Shown piece after piece: positions 34,586 to 43,931 of a stretch of 64,000 bases of DNA. A model generated the notes under the pieces. The model saw only the letters and a list, made by a program, of their open reading frames with translations. It was not told the origin of the DNA and ran no database searches. Location: IMG/VR virus record IMGVR_UViG_3300040801_001224, positions 1 to 64,000 of that record, one strand, 5' to 3'. The position numbers and the translations under genes are program-made. Each line of letters opens with the position of its first letter. Position 1 is the first letter of the stretch.

Positions 34586-37283
34586 TGTTTTTCTCCTTAA
34601 ATATTTCAATTTGTCTACGTAGTTCTTCTACGAATAATTCTAATCTTTTCCATTCATTAGGCTCATTGTCGTACGTTGAATGGTCGACCCAGTTTATATA
34701 TTCATTCCATTCTTCTTTTCGCCATGTCTCTTTGTGAGTTATTGACGAAAACAATTTCTGTGTGTAACCTTTTTGACCTAACGTCATAACTTTCTTTCTC
34801 ATATTCAATGCTTTAATTGGCTTTTCCGTTATAAAGGGTTCTGGAAATGTTTCGCCAAACTCTGTCTCTACAGCAACGACAAAATCACATGCGTTGTAGT
34901 ATGTTGGGTCGTATTCAGTAGTGTGTGCTTGATAAGGCTTGAACTCGCTAACGTCCAGTGTTAGTGGAAGTGTCAATTTATCCATTCCTTCTTTTATTTT
35001 TCGTTTTAGCTCTTCCGGCAATGTATATATATTGTATAAATCGGCAACTTTGTGATGAGAAAAATTGTTATCAATTAAGTCACCGAAATAAGACACATGG
35101 CCGTACTCTAGTAGATTGTAATAAGAAAGTAGGCCGATTAATGCTGTTCTGTGTGGACGAGTTTTGCCTGTAAACAATGTGTAGACTTTATGTTCTACAT
35201 TTTTCACTTGGGGCGTTGGCTGATATACTTGCTTGTTATCAACAAAATGATCTTTGTAATCTATTACCAAGCCTTTCATTAGGCATATTTCTTCACTAAC
35301 CGCGTTGTGTCCAGATTTGTGGCCGATTACCATTACATTAGACAAATCATCATAATCTTTTAATTCATCATATATTTTGTCATAAACAATTTCTTTAGAA
35401 AAATCAATAATAATTTTCTTAAAAGGATTTGTCTTAATAATGTGATGTAACTTGGCTATATCGGATTCTTGGTATAAGTTGCTAATAACATCGCACTCGT
35501 CGTTGTCCAAAGATAGATCTAATATAAAGCTAATCTTAGGCTCATATGTCAATACATAAGAAAATTGATCATCAAGTAAATTCTTTAGTGATGTGAAATT
35601 ACTATTTCTTTTAATGAACTTTTTGTCAAGAAATACTTTTCTATTATGCTCGAGTACATCCTGCATCTCAGTAATCATTTGACACTTTTCTTCATGTGGC
35701 AATTTTGTTAATCTTTCCACCTCATCCATAATAGCCTGTATACGTTGATGGCCATCTTTAACATCATCGTATGATTCATTAATCCAAGGACTAAATGTTT
35801 TAAATCCCATGTCACGTAACATCCTTAGGAACCCATGACAGCCCGTCACAATAAACGGATGCTTATATAATATTGGTTTAAATATTTTTTCTGTTGGGAA
35901 TTCGTCGTCATGGAAAAAGAATGTTTCGTTCACTAAGCTGAAGAATGACTTTTCATAAAAATCAACAGGCGTGAATGTGGTGGCTTGATTTTGGGTTGGA
36001 TCAATTTCATCTATGTATATACTGTCGATATCCTTGAGAATGTCGTAGTACTCATCAGCCACTTCCTTGCTCCACATAGGATCAGGCTCTGCGTACTTAT
36101 CCTTATAATTCAATGTTCTCATTAAGTGATTTTGTCTGTTTTCGTGTAAATTAAAATAACTTACATAGTTGTCATCTATTATATCACGCTTAATCATTTC
36201 AGCAACAATCGCCGCTCTATGACTACGTAATACCCTGTTAAACGATAAAAATGTTTTCTCCTTTTTGTCTAACCTAGAACAATCAGGAGTGTCTTCTCTG
36301 CCTTCAACACCCTGTGTCCAGTCAGCAATATATGGGCCATAAGAATAGCATTTTCTTAATTTTGATTTTTCAATTAATCGCTTACACACACTTCCAGTGA
36401 CAATAACTAAATCTTCCTCGATGTTCTTACCCATGTCCTCAAACACTTCAATTAAAAAGTCTTCTGCTCTTCCCATGTGATAAAAACCTTCTGGATAAGC
36501 GTTTAGAATAATTTTTTTATTTAGTCTTAGATTTTCACGCAACTCTTCTTCATAGCGTGGAATAGCACAAGCAATCATTGACTCGAATATTTTTACACCC
36601 GGTATCACTCGATCGTTTCTTTTGCCGACGATATATTCAACAGGATCCCACCTAAACTTTTCGATATGATCGTAATCTTCTTGTAAATCAGATTTGAATA
36701 AATGGAATATCAAGTTCATAAACTGATCTTCAATTGCTTGCTGAGCTTCTTCTAAATTGTTGTGTACCGAGTAAAAGCCTGCGTATATTGCCATCGCAAC
36801 GCTAGTTCCTGATATTTTGTAGCCGTCAACATTAATGTTGGTTCCTGGAGCATAAACATCGATATTCCCAACGCTATTGTGGCTCGCTATCTCATGACTC
36901 TTGTTGTATGACCCAACAGTTATTACATCAGGATGACATGCCGGAGATAGAGTATTGATATCTAATCCTGCGTTACCTGCGGCCACTATAAATGTAAACT
37001 TATCTTTTAACGAATCTATTTTTTCATCGATGTCTTTATTGCGATAAACAGTTAGTGATATGGTAATTATTCCACTATCATAAGTATCACGCAAATAGTC
37101 TAGAGCTGTCAATATTGTGTTATTATCAGGATGATATCCTAACTCAATTAATTTGATATTAGCATTCGGGTTTATAGAGCTAATAATTGTATGTAAGTTT
37201 TTGCCGTGATTACTCCCGTTATCTTGGCCAAAAGACTTTTCAACATCTAGATTAGTAAACCCTGTATCTAAAATAAATATCAC
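34578..37283 (-). CDS. S8 subtilisin-like peptidase fused to two glycosyltransferase-like domains
   Basis: ILDTG, NHG, AAGN, SGTSVA; two repeats of R.HR...VxET...TEK..K. Confidence 0.75.
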   Translation of the reverse strand: MIFILDTGFTNLDVEKSFGQDNGSNHGKNLHTIISSINPNANIKLIELGYHPDNNTILTALDYLRDTYDSGIITISLTVYRNKDIDEKIDSLKDKFTFIVAAGNAGLDINTLSPACHPDVITVGSYNKSHEIASHNSVGNIDVYAPGTNINVDGYKISGTSVAMAIYAGFYSVHNNLEEAQQAIEDQFMNLIFHLFKSDLQEDYDHIEKFRWDPVEYIVGKRNDRVIPGVKIFESMIACAIPRYEEELRENLRLNKKIILNAYPEGFYHMGRAEDFLIEVFEDMGKNIEEDLVIVTGSVCKRLIEKSKLRKCYSYGPYIADWTQGVEGREDTPDCSRLDKKEKTFLSFNRVLRSHRAAIVAEMIKRDIIDDNYVSYFNLHENRQNHLMRTLNYKDKYAEPDPMWSKEVADEYYDILKDIDSIYIDEIDPTQNQATTFTPVDFYEKSFFSLVNETFFFHDDEFPTEKIFKPILYKHPFIVTGCHGFLRMLRDMGFKTFSPWINESYDDVKDGHQRIQAIMDEVERLTKLPHEEKCQMITEMQDVLEHNRKVFLDKKFIKRNSNFTSLKNLLDDQFSYVLTYEPKISFILDLSLDNDECDVISNLYQESDIAKLHHIIKTNPFKKIIIDFSKEIVYDKIYDELKDYDDLSNVMVIGHKSGHNAVSEEICLMKGLVIDYKDHFVDNKQVYQPTPQVKNVEHKVYTLFTGKTRPHRTALIGLLSYYNLLEYGHVSYFGDLIDNNFSHHKVADLYNIYTLPEELKRKIKEGMDKLTLPLTLDVSEFKPYQAHTTEYDPTYYNACDFVVAVETEFGETFPEPFITEKPIKALNMRKKVMTLGQKGYTQKLFSSITHKETWRKEEWNEYINWVDHSTYDNEPNEWKRLELFVEELRRQIEIFKEKNND

Positions 37284-38281
37284 TTATTAATCTCTCTCAA
37301 CTCATTTAATTCTGCTTCAGTAACATACTTGCCGGTGCGTGGCAAGCCAGTATATGTTGCCTTAAAAAATTTGCTGGCGTCTTCATTAAACTCAGCAATT
37401 TCCATATCCAATCCTTTACGTAAACGTCTACCTAAATCAGCAATCTCGTTTAGTAATAGATTATTATCCCATGCGTAACCGGTCTTATAACACTTGTGTT
37501 CTGAACTTGACAAAGCAAACTTTTCTTCTATGTTTTCTTTCCAGTATGTATTCAAGTATTCAAAGTCACGTACTTGGACAAAGTCCCAGTCTGTTAATGT
37601 TGTTAGGTAACAACCTAAACGTGTTCCGTAAATAGCCCATAAACCATTTGGCACATCAGCACCCACAGTTGCCCAAACCAATAGGCGTGTGTAGTTACCG
37701 TGCCAGATCTGTTTGCGGAAATTTTCTGGTTCTACCCTGTCACCGCGATCCAAGCTCATCTTCACGCCTTCACGGAAGCCTGCTCGAAACGCCTGAAGTG
37801 GTGACCCGTTGTTGTATGTAGTGCAAAAACAATTGTTCATCTGTACGTATGTGTCTGCCCAACAAAAATCCACTTGGCCGTTGGGGTCGTTGGGGTCGGC
37901 AGCCTCGTGGGTTCTCATATTCATTACATACTCAACGGGCCAGCACTTCAAACCTCCATTGCCATACTCTAATGCGTTTATGGCGTTTGTTGCTGACCAT
38001 GAGATAACTTTATCCTTAAATTTCTCATGTTCGAAATTTATTTCCTGATCAAAGAATTTGACGTCTACAATGTTGTCTGCATCGACACCAATGAAGCGAT
38101 CAGTTTCTGATAATTGTGCGGCCGCTTTATGTGCCGCATCACTACCCTCGACACCATGTACACGTTTGGCCCATGGCACCTTGGCCAGTAAGTCTGCGTA
38201 GTTTTCTTCACAATTTGGCTCATCATAAGATATGAATATCACATCAAGATCAGAAATCAAAGTTTTATTTTCTTTATCCAT
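37280..38281 (-). CDS. putative glycosyltransferase (GT-A fold)
   Basis: DVIFISYDEPN, AHKAAA, VDADN (DxD), AFRAGFREGVK. Confidence 0.8.
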   Translation of the reverse strand: MDKENKTLISDLDVIFISYDEPNCEENYADLLAKVPWAKRVHGVEGSDAAHKAAAQLSETDRFIGVDADNIVDVKFFDQEINFEHEKFKDKVISWSATNAINALEYGNGGLKCWPVEYVMNMRTHEAADPNDPNGQVDFCWADTYVQMNNCFCTTYNNGSPLQAFRAGFREGVKMSLDRGDRVEPENFRKQIWHGNYTRLLVWATVGADVPNGLWAIYGTRLGCYLTTLTDWDFVQVRDFEYLNTYWKENIEEKFALSSSEHKCYKTGYAWDNNLLLNEIADLGRRLRKGLDMEIAEFNEDASKFFKATYTGLPRTGKYVTEAELNELREINK

Positions 38282-39104
38282 TATGCTCTCCTCTGAGAAA
38301 TCTGGTCCATTCGGGGAAATTTTCAGAAATACATCTTTTGACCACAGTGTCTCTATGTATGTTATACTTTTCAGCTATTTCAGTAAGAAAAAGTTCTTTG
38401 TCTTCAATAATGTATATAAATTTTGACGCTTTTCCTAGCGAGCTTTTTTTCATTTTTTCTTTTGTATTCTCGCTGTGTTTTTTTCCTAACATGGGAGGCT
38501 GTCTATTTTTGTTAGACTCAGATCTACTTTTACGTAACTCTCGTGCCTTTTCTTCACCGTACGCTTCTTCGTATGTTTTACCCTTGGTGGGATGATTATT
38601 TCTCACTGCTTCTGATATTTTCTTTCTAGACTCATTAGTATGTGATCTCCCCTCCATGCCTATATTAATTTGCTTTTTTCTCTTTTCTTTTATTTTGTCT
38701 ATTGTTTCTTCACTATGTGTCTTTCCATACATGCCATTTTTTGTTCCCTCGACTTTGTGGCCTTGGCCATACATACCATTTTTATCCCCAACTTGCCTAC
38801 CTTTCATAAATACACTCATTGTTTTTGATAATTTTGTCCTTAGCCAACCATATACCTTATTGCTACGCCGATAGCCTCCAGTCATTTTGATTACCGCACA
38901 GATTAGTCCGTGATGTCCAGGATATATTTTTACTAACAGTTGGTGTGCCACAAAATGTTCTTCTGGAGTCAACCTTACTAAGTTATCGGGATCATCACTA
39001 CCACCCATACACCGTGGTACAATGTGATGCCTTTCACTATACCCTTCTAATAATCTGCTTTTTGCTCTTTCAATCAATAAGTTATAGTGTTTTTGGTAAT
39101 CCAT
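38274..39104 (-). CDS. HNH homing endonuclease with NUMOD3 repeats
   Basis: ERHHIVPRCMGG..NLVRLTPEEHFVAH; GKTHSEET and GKKHSENT. Confidence 0.9.
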   Translation of the reverse strand: MDYQKHYNLLIERAKSRLLEGYSERHHIVPRCMGGSDDPDNLVRLTPEEHFVAHQLLVKIYPGHHGLICAVIKMTGGYRRSNKVYGWLRTKLSKTMSVFMKGRQVGDKNGMYGQGHKVEGTKNGMYGKTHSEETIDKIKEKRKKQINIGMEGRSHTNESRKKISEAVRNNHPTKGKTYEEAYGEEKARELRKSRSESNKNRQPPMLGKKHSENTKEKMKKSSLGKASKFIYIIEDKELFLTEIAEKYNIHRDTVVKRCISENFPEWTRFLRGEHNG

Positions 39105-39107
39105 ATA

Positions 39108-39767
39108 TTATTCCCCAATAATTTTATACCCATAGCGGTTTAGTACTCTGCGAGTGAATATACTGTAGTCCTTAATGTCAACTGTATAATCCATCACAAC
39201 TTCACCGTCACTTAACATTTTATTCACTGGTACATTGAATGATTCTATTAGCATAGATGGATCATTCCGTGTAGTACAGTAAAATTTTAAAATCTTTAAT
39301 CCATGTATTGTCGCCTGATGTATGTCATCTACTGATTCAAGTATGTTTTCACGCACACCATCAACAAATCTAAATGTTATTGATTTATTTTTCTCATCAG
39401 CAACAATCTCTAATTCATAATCTGCCTCGTAGCCTTCTGGCACTTCAGTTAAGAAACGATCCATAGTTCTCACATAGGATATTTCACTATTACGTTTCTT
39501 AACATAGTACTCGTTAACTTTGCCTTCCCGCTTTTCTATCTTGTATTTGTTTGGCGCAAGCTCGCCTGTAATAAACTTGTATACTTCTGCTATTGGCAGT
39601 TTAGTACTCATAAACTTTTCATGATGATCACTGTCCTGTATTGGCGATATACATTTAATATTTCCAGCATCGTCAAAGTAAACATACATTAACTTCTTGG
39701 CTTCTTCTTCGTGCTGTTGACGAAACTGCTCCACTGCTTCCTGGAAGGCATTATCTTTGTTAGCCAT
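39108..39767 (-). CDS. hypothetical protein of the glycosylation operon
   Basis: Start MANKDNAF; operon context. Confidence 0.8.
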   Translation of the reverse strand: MANKDNAFQEAVEQFRQQHEEEAKKLMYVYFDDAGNIKCISPIQDSDHHEKFMSTKLPIAEVYKFITGELAPNKYKIEKREGKVNEYYVKKRNSEISYVRTMDRFLTEVPEGYEADYELEIVADEKNKSITFRFVDGVRENILESVDDIHQATIHGLKILKFYCTTRNDPSMLIESFNVPVNKMLSDGEVVMDYTVDIKDYSIFTRRVLNRYGYKIIGE

Positions 39768-40608
39768 TATAACGTTCCTCCAATTTAGCAATGATATCGT
39801 CTGTTAGCCATGACTTAATGTGGTAATGGAATGGCAGTAATTGTTTATAGTTGCCTACCTTTAGAACACCGTCTGGACGATAATACGTTGGTATGTTTTC
39901 AACCCAGTTTTCTGTAATCTGGTTCTTGGGGATGTTCATCATCTGACTTTTCATATGAACAAATGATGGGAAATTTAAATCATTCATTGTGTCCTCAGTA
40001 CCCAGAATATGTTGTGCTAAACTAAACACAATGTCGCCTGACACGTTCTTTGGACGATATGTTGGGATGAATTCAAAGTAAAACTTCTCCCAATTCTGAT
40101 ATATGATTCTCGCCATTTCAAACATCTCTTCAGCTTCTTTGCTCTTGTTGAAATACATGAAAGCTGTGTAGACATTTGGTAAATTATTTTCACTGATTGC
40201 TCGTCTGTAATGATCTGACGTAGCAACTAAACCCTTGTAGTTATGTACTGATGTCGTGAAATATACATTCTTTGTGCTTAAGAAATCCCACCAGTGATCA
40301 ACACTTGATGTGAATATCATGTCTGAATCTAGAACAACTGTTTCATCAAATGGAGACATCTCAAAGTACTTCCATTTGTTTTGAATCTTCCATGTCTCAT
40401 CTTTAGCATCATCATTGCCTGGAATTTCTATAATATGATCAAATGCGTATTCCCATTCTCTAGGAACGTCTTTTTTATTGGTGACACAAACCGCAAAATC
40501 TTGTACCTCACTCTGCGAGTTCTTGATGCTGAGTGCTAGTGCGTATGCTTGGCGAACATAGTCAATGCCTGGCGTGTTCTGTGCGATGGTTATATATCCC
40601 TTAGACAT
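39760..40608 (-). CDS. putative glycosyltransferase (GT8-like, GT-A fold)
   Basis: SPFDETVVLDSDM (DxD); FVHMK. Confidence 0.85.
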   Translation of the reverse strand: MSKGYITIAQNTPGIDYVRQAYALALSIKNSQSEVQDFAVCVTNKKDVPREWEYAFDHIIEIPGNDDAKDETWKIQNKWKYFEMSPFDETVVLDSDMIFTSSVDHWWDFLSTKNVYFTTSVHNYKGLVATSDHYRRAISENNLPNVYTAFMYFNKSKEAEEMFEMARIIYQNWEKFYFEFIPTYRPKNVSGDIVFSLAQHILGTEDTMNDLNFPSFVHMKSQMMNIPKNQITENWVENIPTYYRPDGVLKVGNYKQLLPFHYHIKSWLTDDIIAKLEERYNG

Positions 40609-41488
40609 CGTATATCTCCAACAGTTTATCCGCGTGACGTAAAATACTCCACTTGTTCATAACGTGAAGGTCAATGTCCTTGACTCTTGATAATAGGAAT
40701 TTTGTCTTCTGATCTGGCTTCTGCATCAATACTGTTAGATCGTTCTCACCATTAACACTAACAAAGTCGTCATTATCAAATAGTTTTAGAAGTGACGGCA
40801 CTGGCATACGTGGCACTGATTTCATGTCCTGGTAGTCGTTTAGTTGGTGTACAGCAATAGCAAAAGCCCAGTCATTTCTAAACATTCTGTTCGGGAAATT
40901 ATATTGCTGGTTATAGAACTCATAATTGTCGAATACATGCTTGACTGTTTTGAATGTCATCTCTGCTTCTAATGACTTGCGAAAATATATAGCAGTTGCC
41001 CAGTATAAACGAATGCTGAAAGGGTCAATCCAGGGATCCATCATCTGGCGTGAATACAGTGCTTCCTGTGTATTATCTGATATCATGAAGTCATGTACTG
41101 ATCCCCAACAATGATTTAGAGCGTCACTCATTATTAGATAGTCAGCATCAATAAACAGTGTTTCTTCATATGGGCTTAACTCATATGCCGCCCAGTGGTT
41201 ACAGTTATAGAAGGAAAGTTTTGATGTCTTGCTTGATGTGTCTCTGTAAATACGCTTATTGTTGCGGTGGAAGTCGTAATCTTGTTCTACTGGAATGATA
41301 TTTTCAAAAGCACGATCAAGCATTTCTTGCCCGTTGTCTTTGATTGCCCATTCCAGTGTGCCTGGGTCTGTAATTAGAGTTGTACCAACGCCCAAGTTCT
41401 TTTTAACCATGAAGGCGTTAATGATCGCTATCTTTATATAGTCAATCTCTTTGTTGTTATGTGCGAACATGATTACGCCGCGTGACAT
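40601..41488 (-). CDS. putative glycosyltransferase (GT8-like, GT-A fold)
   Basis: SPYEETLFIDADY; RNDWAFAIA; paralogue of its neighbour. Confidence 0.85.
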   Translation of the reverse strand: MSRGVIMFAHNNKEIDYIKIAIINAFMVKKNLGVGTTLITDPGTLEWAIKDNGQEMLDRAFENIIPVEQDYDFHRNNKRIYRDTSSKTSKLSFYNCNHWAAYELSPYEETLFIDADYLIMSDALNHCWGSVHDFMISDNTQEALYSRQMMDPWIDPFSIRLYWATAIYFRKSLEAEMTFKTVKHVFDNYEFYNQQYNFPNRMFRNDWAFAIAVHQLNDYQDMKSVPRMPVPSLLKLFDNDDFVSVNGENDLTVLMQKPDQKTKFLLSRVKDIDLHVMNKWSILRHADKLLEIYDV

Positions 41489-41489
41489 A

Positions 41490-41852
41490 CTACTCTCCTA
41501 AATCAAGGTCTAAAACTGATTTAACAGAACGTGACTTACGAATCTTCATTACTTCTTCGTGTACATCCTGGGTAACATTCGTGTAGCGATCTAAAATTGT
41601 ATCTAAGAATTCTTTTAAATCAGTGACAAGAATTGGTGTATTATTTTTGTCTAATATAACAGCTTCATTTCGTTCTTTGCGGATTAATAAATCAACAAAG
41701 TTAATTAACTCCATGGTAATTGGAAATGTGCCACCGTTAACTGAATGTAATAATTCAACTTCCATGCGATGTTGCGCTTGGTCAAGTTGATTATTTAGAG
41801 TTGTCCTGTAGTTGGCAAATTTAATTGCCTCTTCTATTCTTATATCTTCCAT
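41490..41852 (-). CDS. hypothetical protein, first gene of the glycosylation operon
   Basis: GGTFPIT...ILDKNNTPI; late promoter upstream. Confidence 0.85.
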   Translation of the reverse strand: MEDIRIEEAIKFANYRTTLNNQLDQAQHRMEVELLHSVNGGTFPITMELINFVDLLIRKERNEAVILDKNNTPILVTDLKEFLDTILDRYTNVTQDVHEEVMKIRKSRSVKSVLDLDLGE

Positions 41853-41855
41853 GTC

Positions 41856-41905
41856 GACCCCTATGTCTGTATGTACGTATATTTATACAGAAAAATGTAG
41901 GGGTC
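41856..41905 (-). promoter_or_regulatory. late promoter TATAAATA inside an RBS-sequestering hairpin
   Basis: GACCCCTA...TAGGGGTC inverted repeat; TATAAATA at 41880-41887 on the minus strand. Confidence 0.75.
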
Positions 41906-41921
41906 TATGAAATATTGAGTA

Positions 41922-42863
41922 TTAACTACCTGTGAATACTGTTGTAGCGTATGTTGGGTCAGTTAGGGTGATAGCACCTGATGTAATTCTCTGGTCCACG
42001 TAGCTATTTAGTGTTCCATCTAATATACGATCTGGAGCTGGGTCAGTTGTAAATTCAACTTGGAACTCTAGGATGTTTCTCTGTGCGTCAGTAAATCTAG
42101 CACTCACTGTGATAGCTTCTGAACTATAATAAACCCCACCGCCAGCATCTACGTTCTTTTGTGCTAATTCCTGGAATGTAGTTGACAGTTCATAATAGCC
42201 GATTGGATTAGTAGAACCACTACTAGAACTAGTAGTCTCCCAATCAAATATCACTGTACCCATATCTGATAGGGCTTGTTGCCAATCCGTTTCTTCACCG
42301 TCTGGATTACTTGCGCCTGGCGTATATTCTCCACTCCAGCGTATCTCACCACCAGAGTTAAAGAAATAACGTGCTTCGTTGCCGTTAGCAAATGTTACCT
42401 GGAATGTATGTGTAACACTTGTTGTCCAAGGATCAGTTCGTGTTTCAGACAGTTTGCCACCACCCGCTGTGGTAGTCGTCTGTCCTGCGTCAACAGCTAG
42501 GCGTCCCGCACGTACTTGGTTGATTAGAGTATGTAGGTTTGAGTTTCCGTTAGTTCCGTCAAAAGCCTCAATTAAGTCTCCAACAGAAACGCTTGTAGGA
42601 ATGTTGCCGGTTGCGTTGCCTATGTGTGTAGCACAATCGTGAAATGCTTCAAACAAAGCAGTCCATTGTGCCGCAGTAACTACGTCACCAGGTGATACAG
42701 TAGCAATGGCTGGTGTCTGGCCGTAACCATATGTGCCATTTGTTAGGGTGAAGTCCCCTGAGTTTGTATCATTGTATACTTCGTTTAATAGCGCAACTAA
42801 CTCGTTAAAATCATCATTCGACGGGTTAGAAGCTTCGATTATGCCTGATGACTGATAAGCCAT
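41922..42863 (-). CDS. virion structural protein (tail/baseplate associated)
   Basis: T/S/G-rich; GYGQ, VTAAQW, ARYFFNSGGEI; late module context. Confidence 0.75.
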   Translation of the reverse strand: MAYQSSGIIEASNPSNDDFNELVALLNEVYNDTNSGDFTLTNGTYGYGQTPAIATVSPGDVVTAAQWTALFEAFHDCATHIGNATGNIPTSVSVGDLIEAFDGTNGNSNLHTLINQVRAGRLAVDAGQTTTTAGGGKLSETRTDPWTTSVTHTFQVTFANGNEARYFFNSGGEIRWSGEYTPGASNPDGEETDWQQALSDMGTVIFDWETTSSSSGSTNPIGYYELSTTFQELAQKNVDAGGGVYYSSEAITVSARFTDAQRNILEFQVEFTTDPAPDRILDGTLNSYVDQRITSGAITLTDPTYATTVFTGS

Positions 42864-42864
42864 A

Positions 42865-43647
42865 TTACTTTGCTCCTACGACTGCCTCTACTAAGTCTAC
42901 TTTCTTAGTTGTCTTGTTCTTTAATGCTCTACCAATAACTGCGAGAACGCTAACCATTCCTTCTGCCGCCATTGCGACACCTGGTTCGTCACTAGCTACT
43001 AGTCGCTGGCCTTTTTTAACTGGACCTTTAACTTTAACTGGTACACGACCTGCTAGAGCAACATACGGGTGAGTATTGTCGTCACCTGCGTCACTGTTTA
43101 GCATTAGGCCTGGTTCTGTTGAAACAACACCAAATACGTCTGGAGTGTTAGCTTCTTTAGTTTTAGTAATCTCTTTCGTGCCGCCGATCATAACAACGTC
43201 ACCTGGTTCCATAGCTTTGTCAGCGTGATAACGCTCTGCCAAGTCAGCGTACTGAGCTCTTGTGGCAGTACCGTTGAATGTGTTGGCGTAAACGTTGTTC
43301 CACTGTGCCGTTGTGCTACCGATGTCATATACTAGGTTGTCAGCTGGTAATATATTACCAAAACCGTTAGCATCTGCGCCAGTTAATACTGGTCTCCATT
43401 CAGTACCATCGTAAACAAATAAACCGTCAACGCTACTGTTATACCATATCTGGCCTTCAGTTGGGTTGGCTGGCTCACCGCTATTGGCAAAGTTTTCAAG
43501 CATATGGATAAAAGATTGCGCTATTTCCTCACCATATCCCTGGTGATTCTTACCAACTAGTGGAATACTTAATTGGCTAGTGTCGCTTACACCGTCATTA
43601 ATTGTGATAACGTCGACACCGTTTGATAATGTAATATTATATGGCAT
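42865..43647 (-). CDS. fibre/baseplate protein with a C-terminal peptidase-G2-like chaperone domain
   Basis: LVGKN..GYGE..MLENFA..GQIWYN; YADLAERY; VALAGRVPVKV. Confidence 0.8.
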   Translation of the reverse strand: MPYNITLSNGVDVITINDGVSDTSQLSIPLVGKNHQGYGEEIAQSFIHMLENFANSGEPANPTEGQIWYNSSVDGLFVYDGTEWRPVLTGADANGFGNILPADNLVYDIGSTTAQWNNVYANTFNGTATRAQYADLAERYHADKAMEPGDVVMIGGTKEITKTKEANTPDVFGVVSTEPGLMLNSDAGDDNTHPYVALAGRVPVKVKGPVKKGQRLVASDEPGVAMAAEGMVSVLAVIGRALKNKTTKKVDLVEAVVGAK

Positions 43648-43664
43648 AATAATTTATCCTTTGT

Positions 43665-43931
43665 TTATAAATTTGCTACAGCTTCGTCACCAGCCAATTT
43701 GGCTGCTTCTTCAACTGCTTTCTTCACTTTTGTTTCAGCACGTAGACGAACTACTTTCTCAAGCTGTGATGACCAAAGCTGAATAAAGCCTTCGCATTTT
43801 TGCTCGTCAGTTAGGTTCATCTCCGACTGGTAATTTGTAATTGTATCGATAAGCTCAACAAATTTTTCGTCTGTATAAGTCTTATCTAATAAAGACTCGA
43901 TAATAGTCTTTGCTCTTGAATAACTACTCAT
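43665..43931 (-). CDS. hypothetical protein (possible fibre accessory)
   Basis: Lies between fibre genes; overlap coupling. Confidence 0.7.
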   Translation of the reverse strand: MSSYSRAKTIIESLLDKTYTDEKFVELIDTITNYQSEMNLTDEQKCEGFIQLWSSQLEKVVRLRAETKVKKAVEEAAKLAGDEAVANL

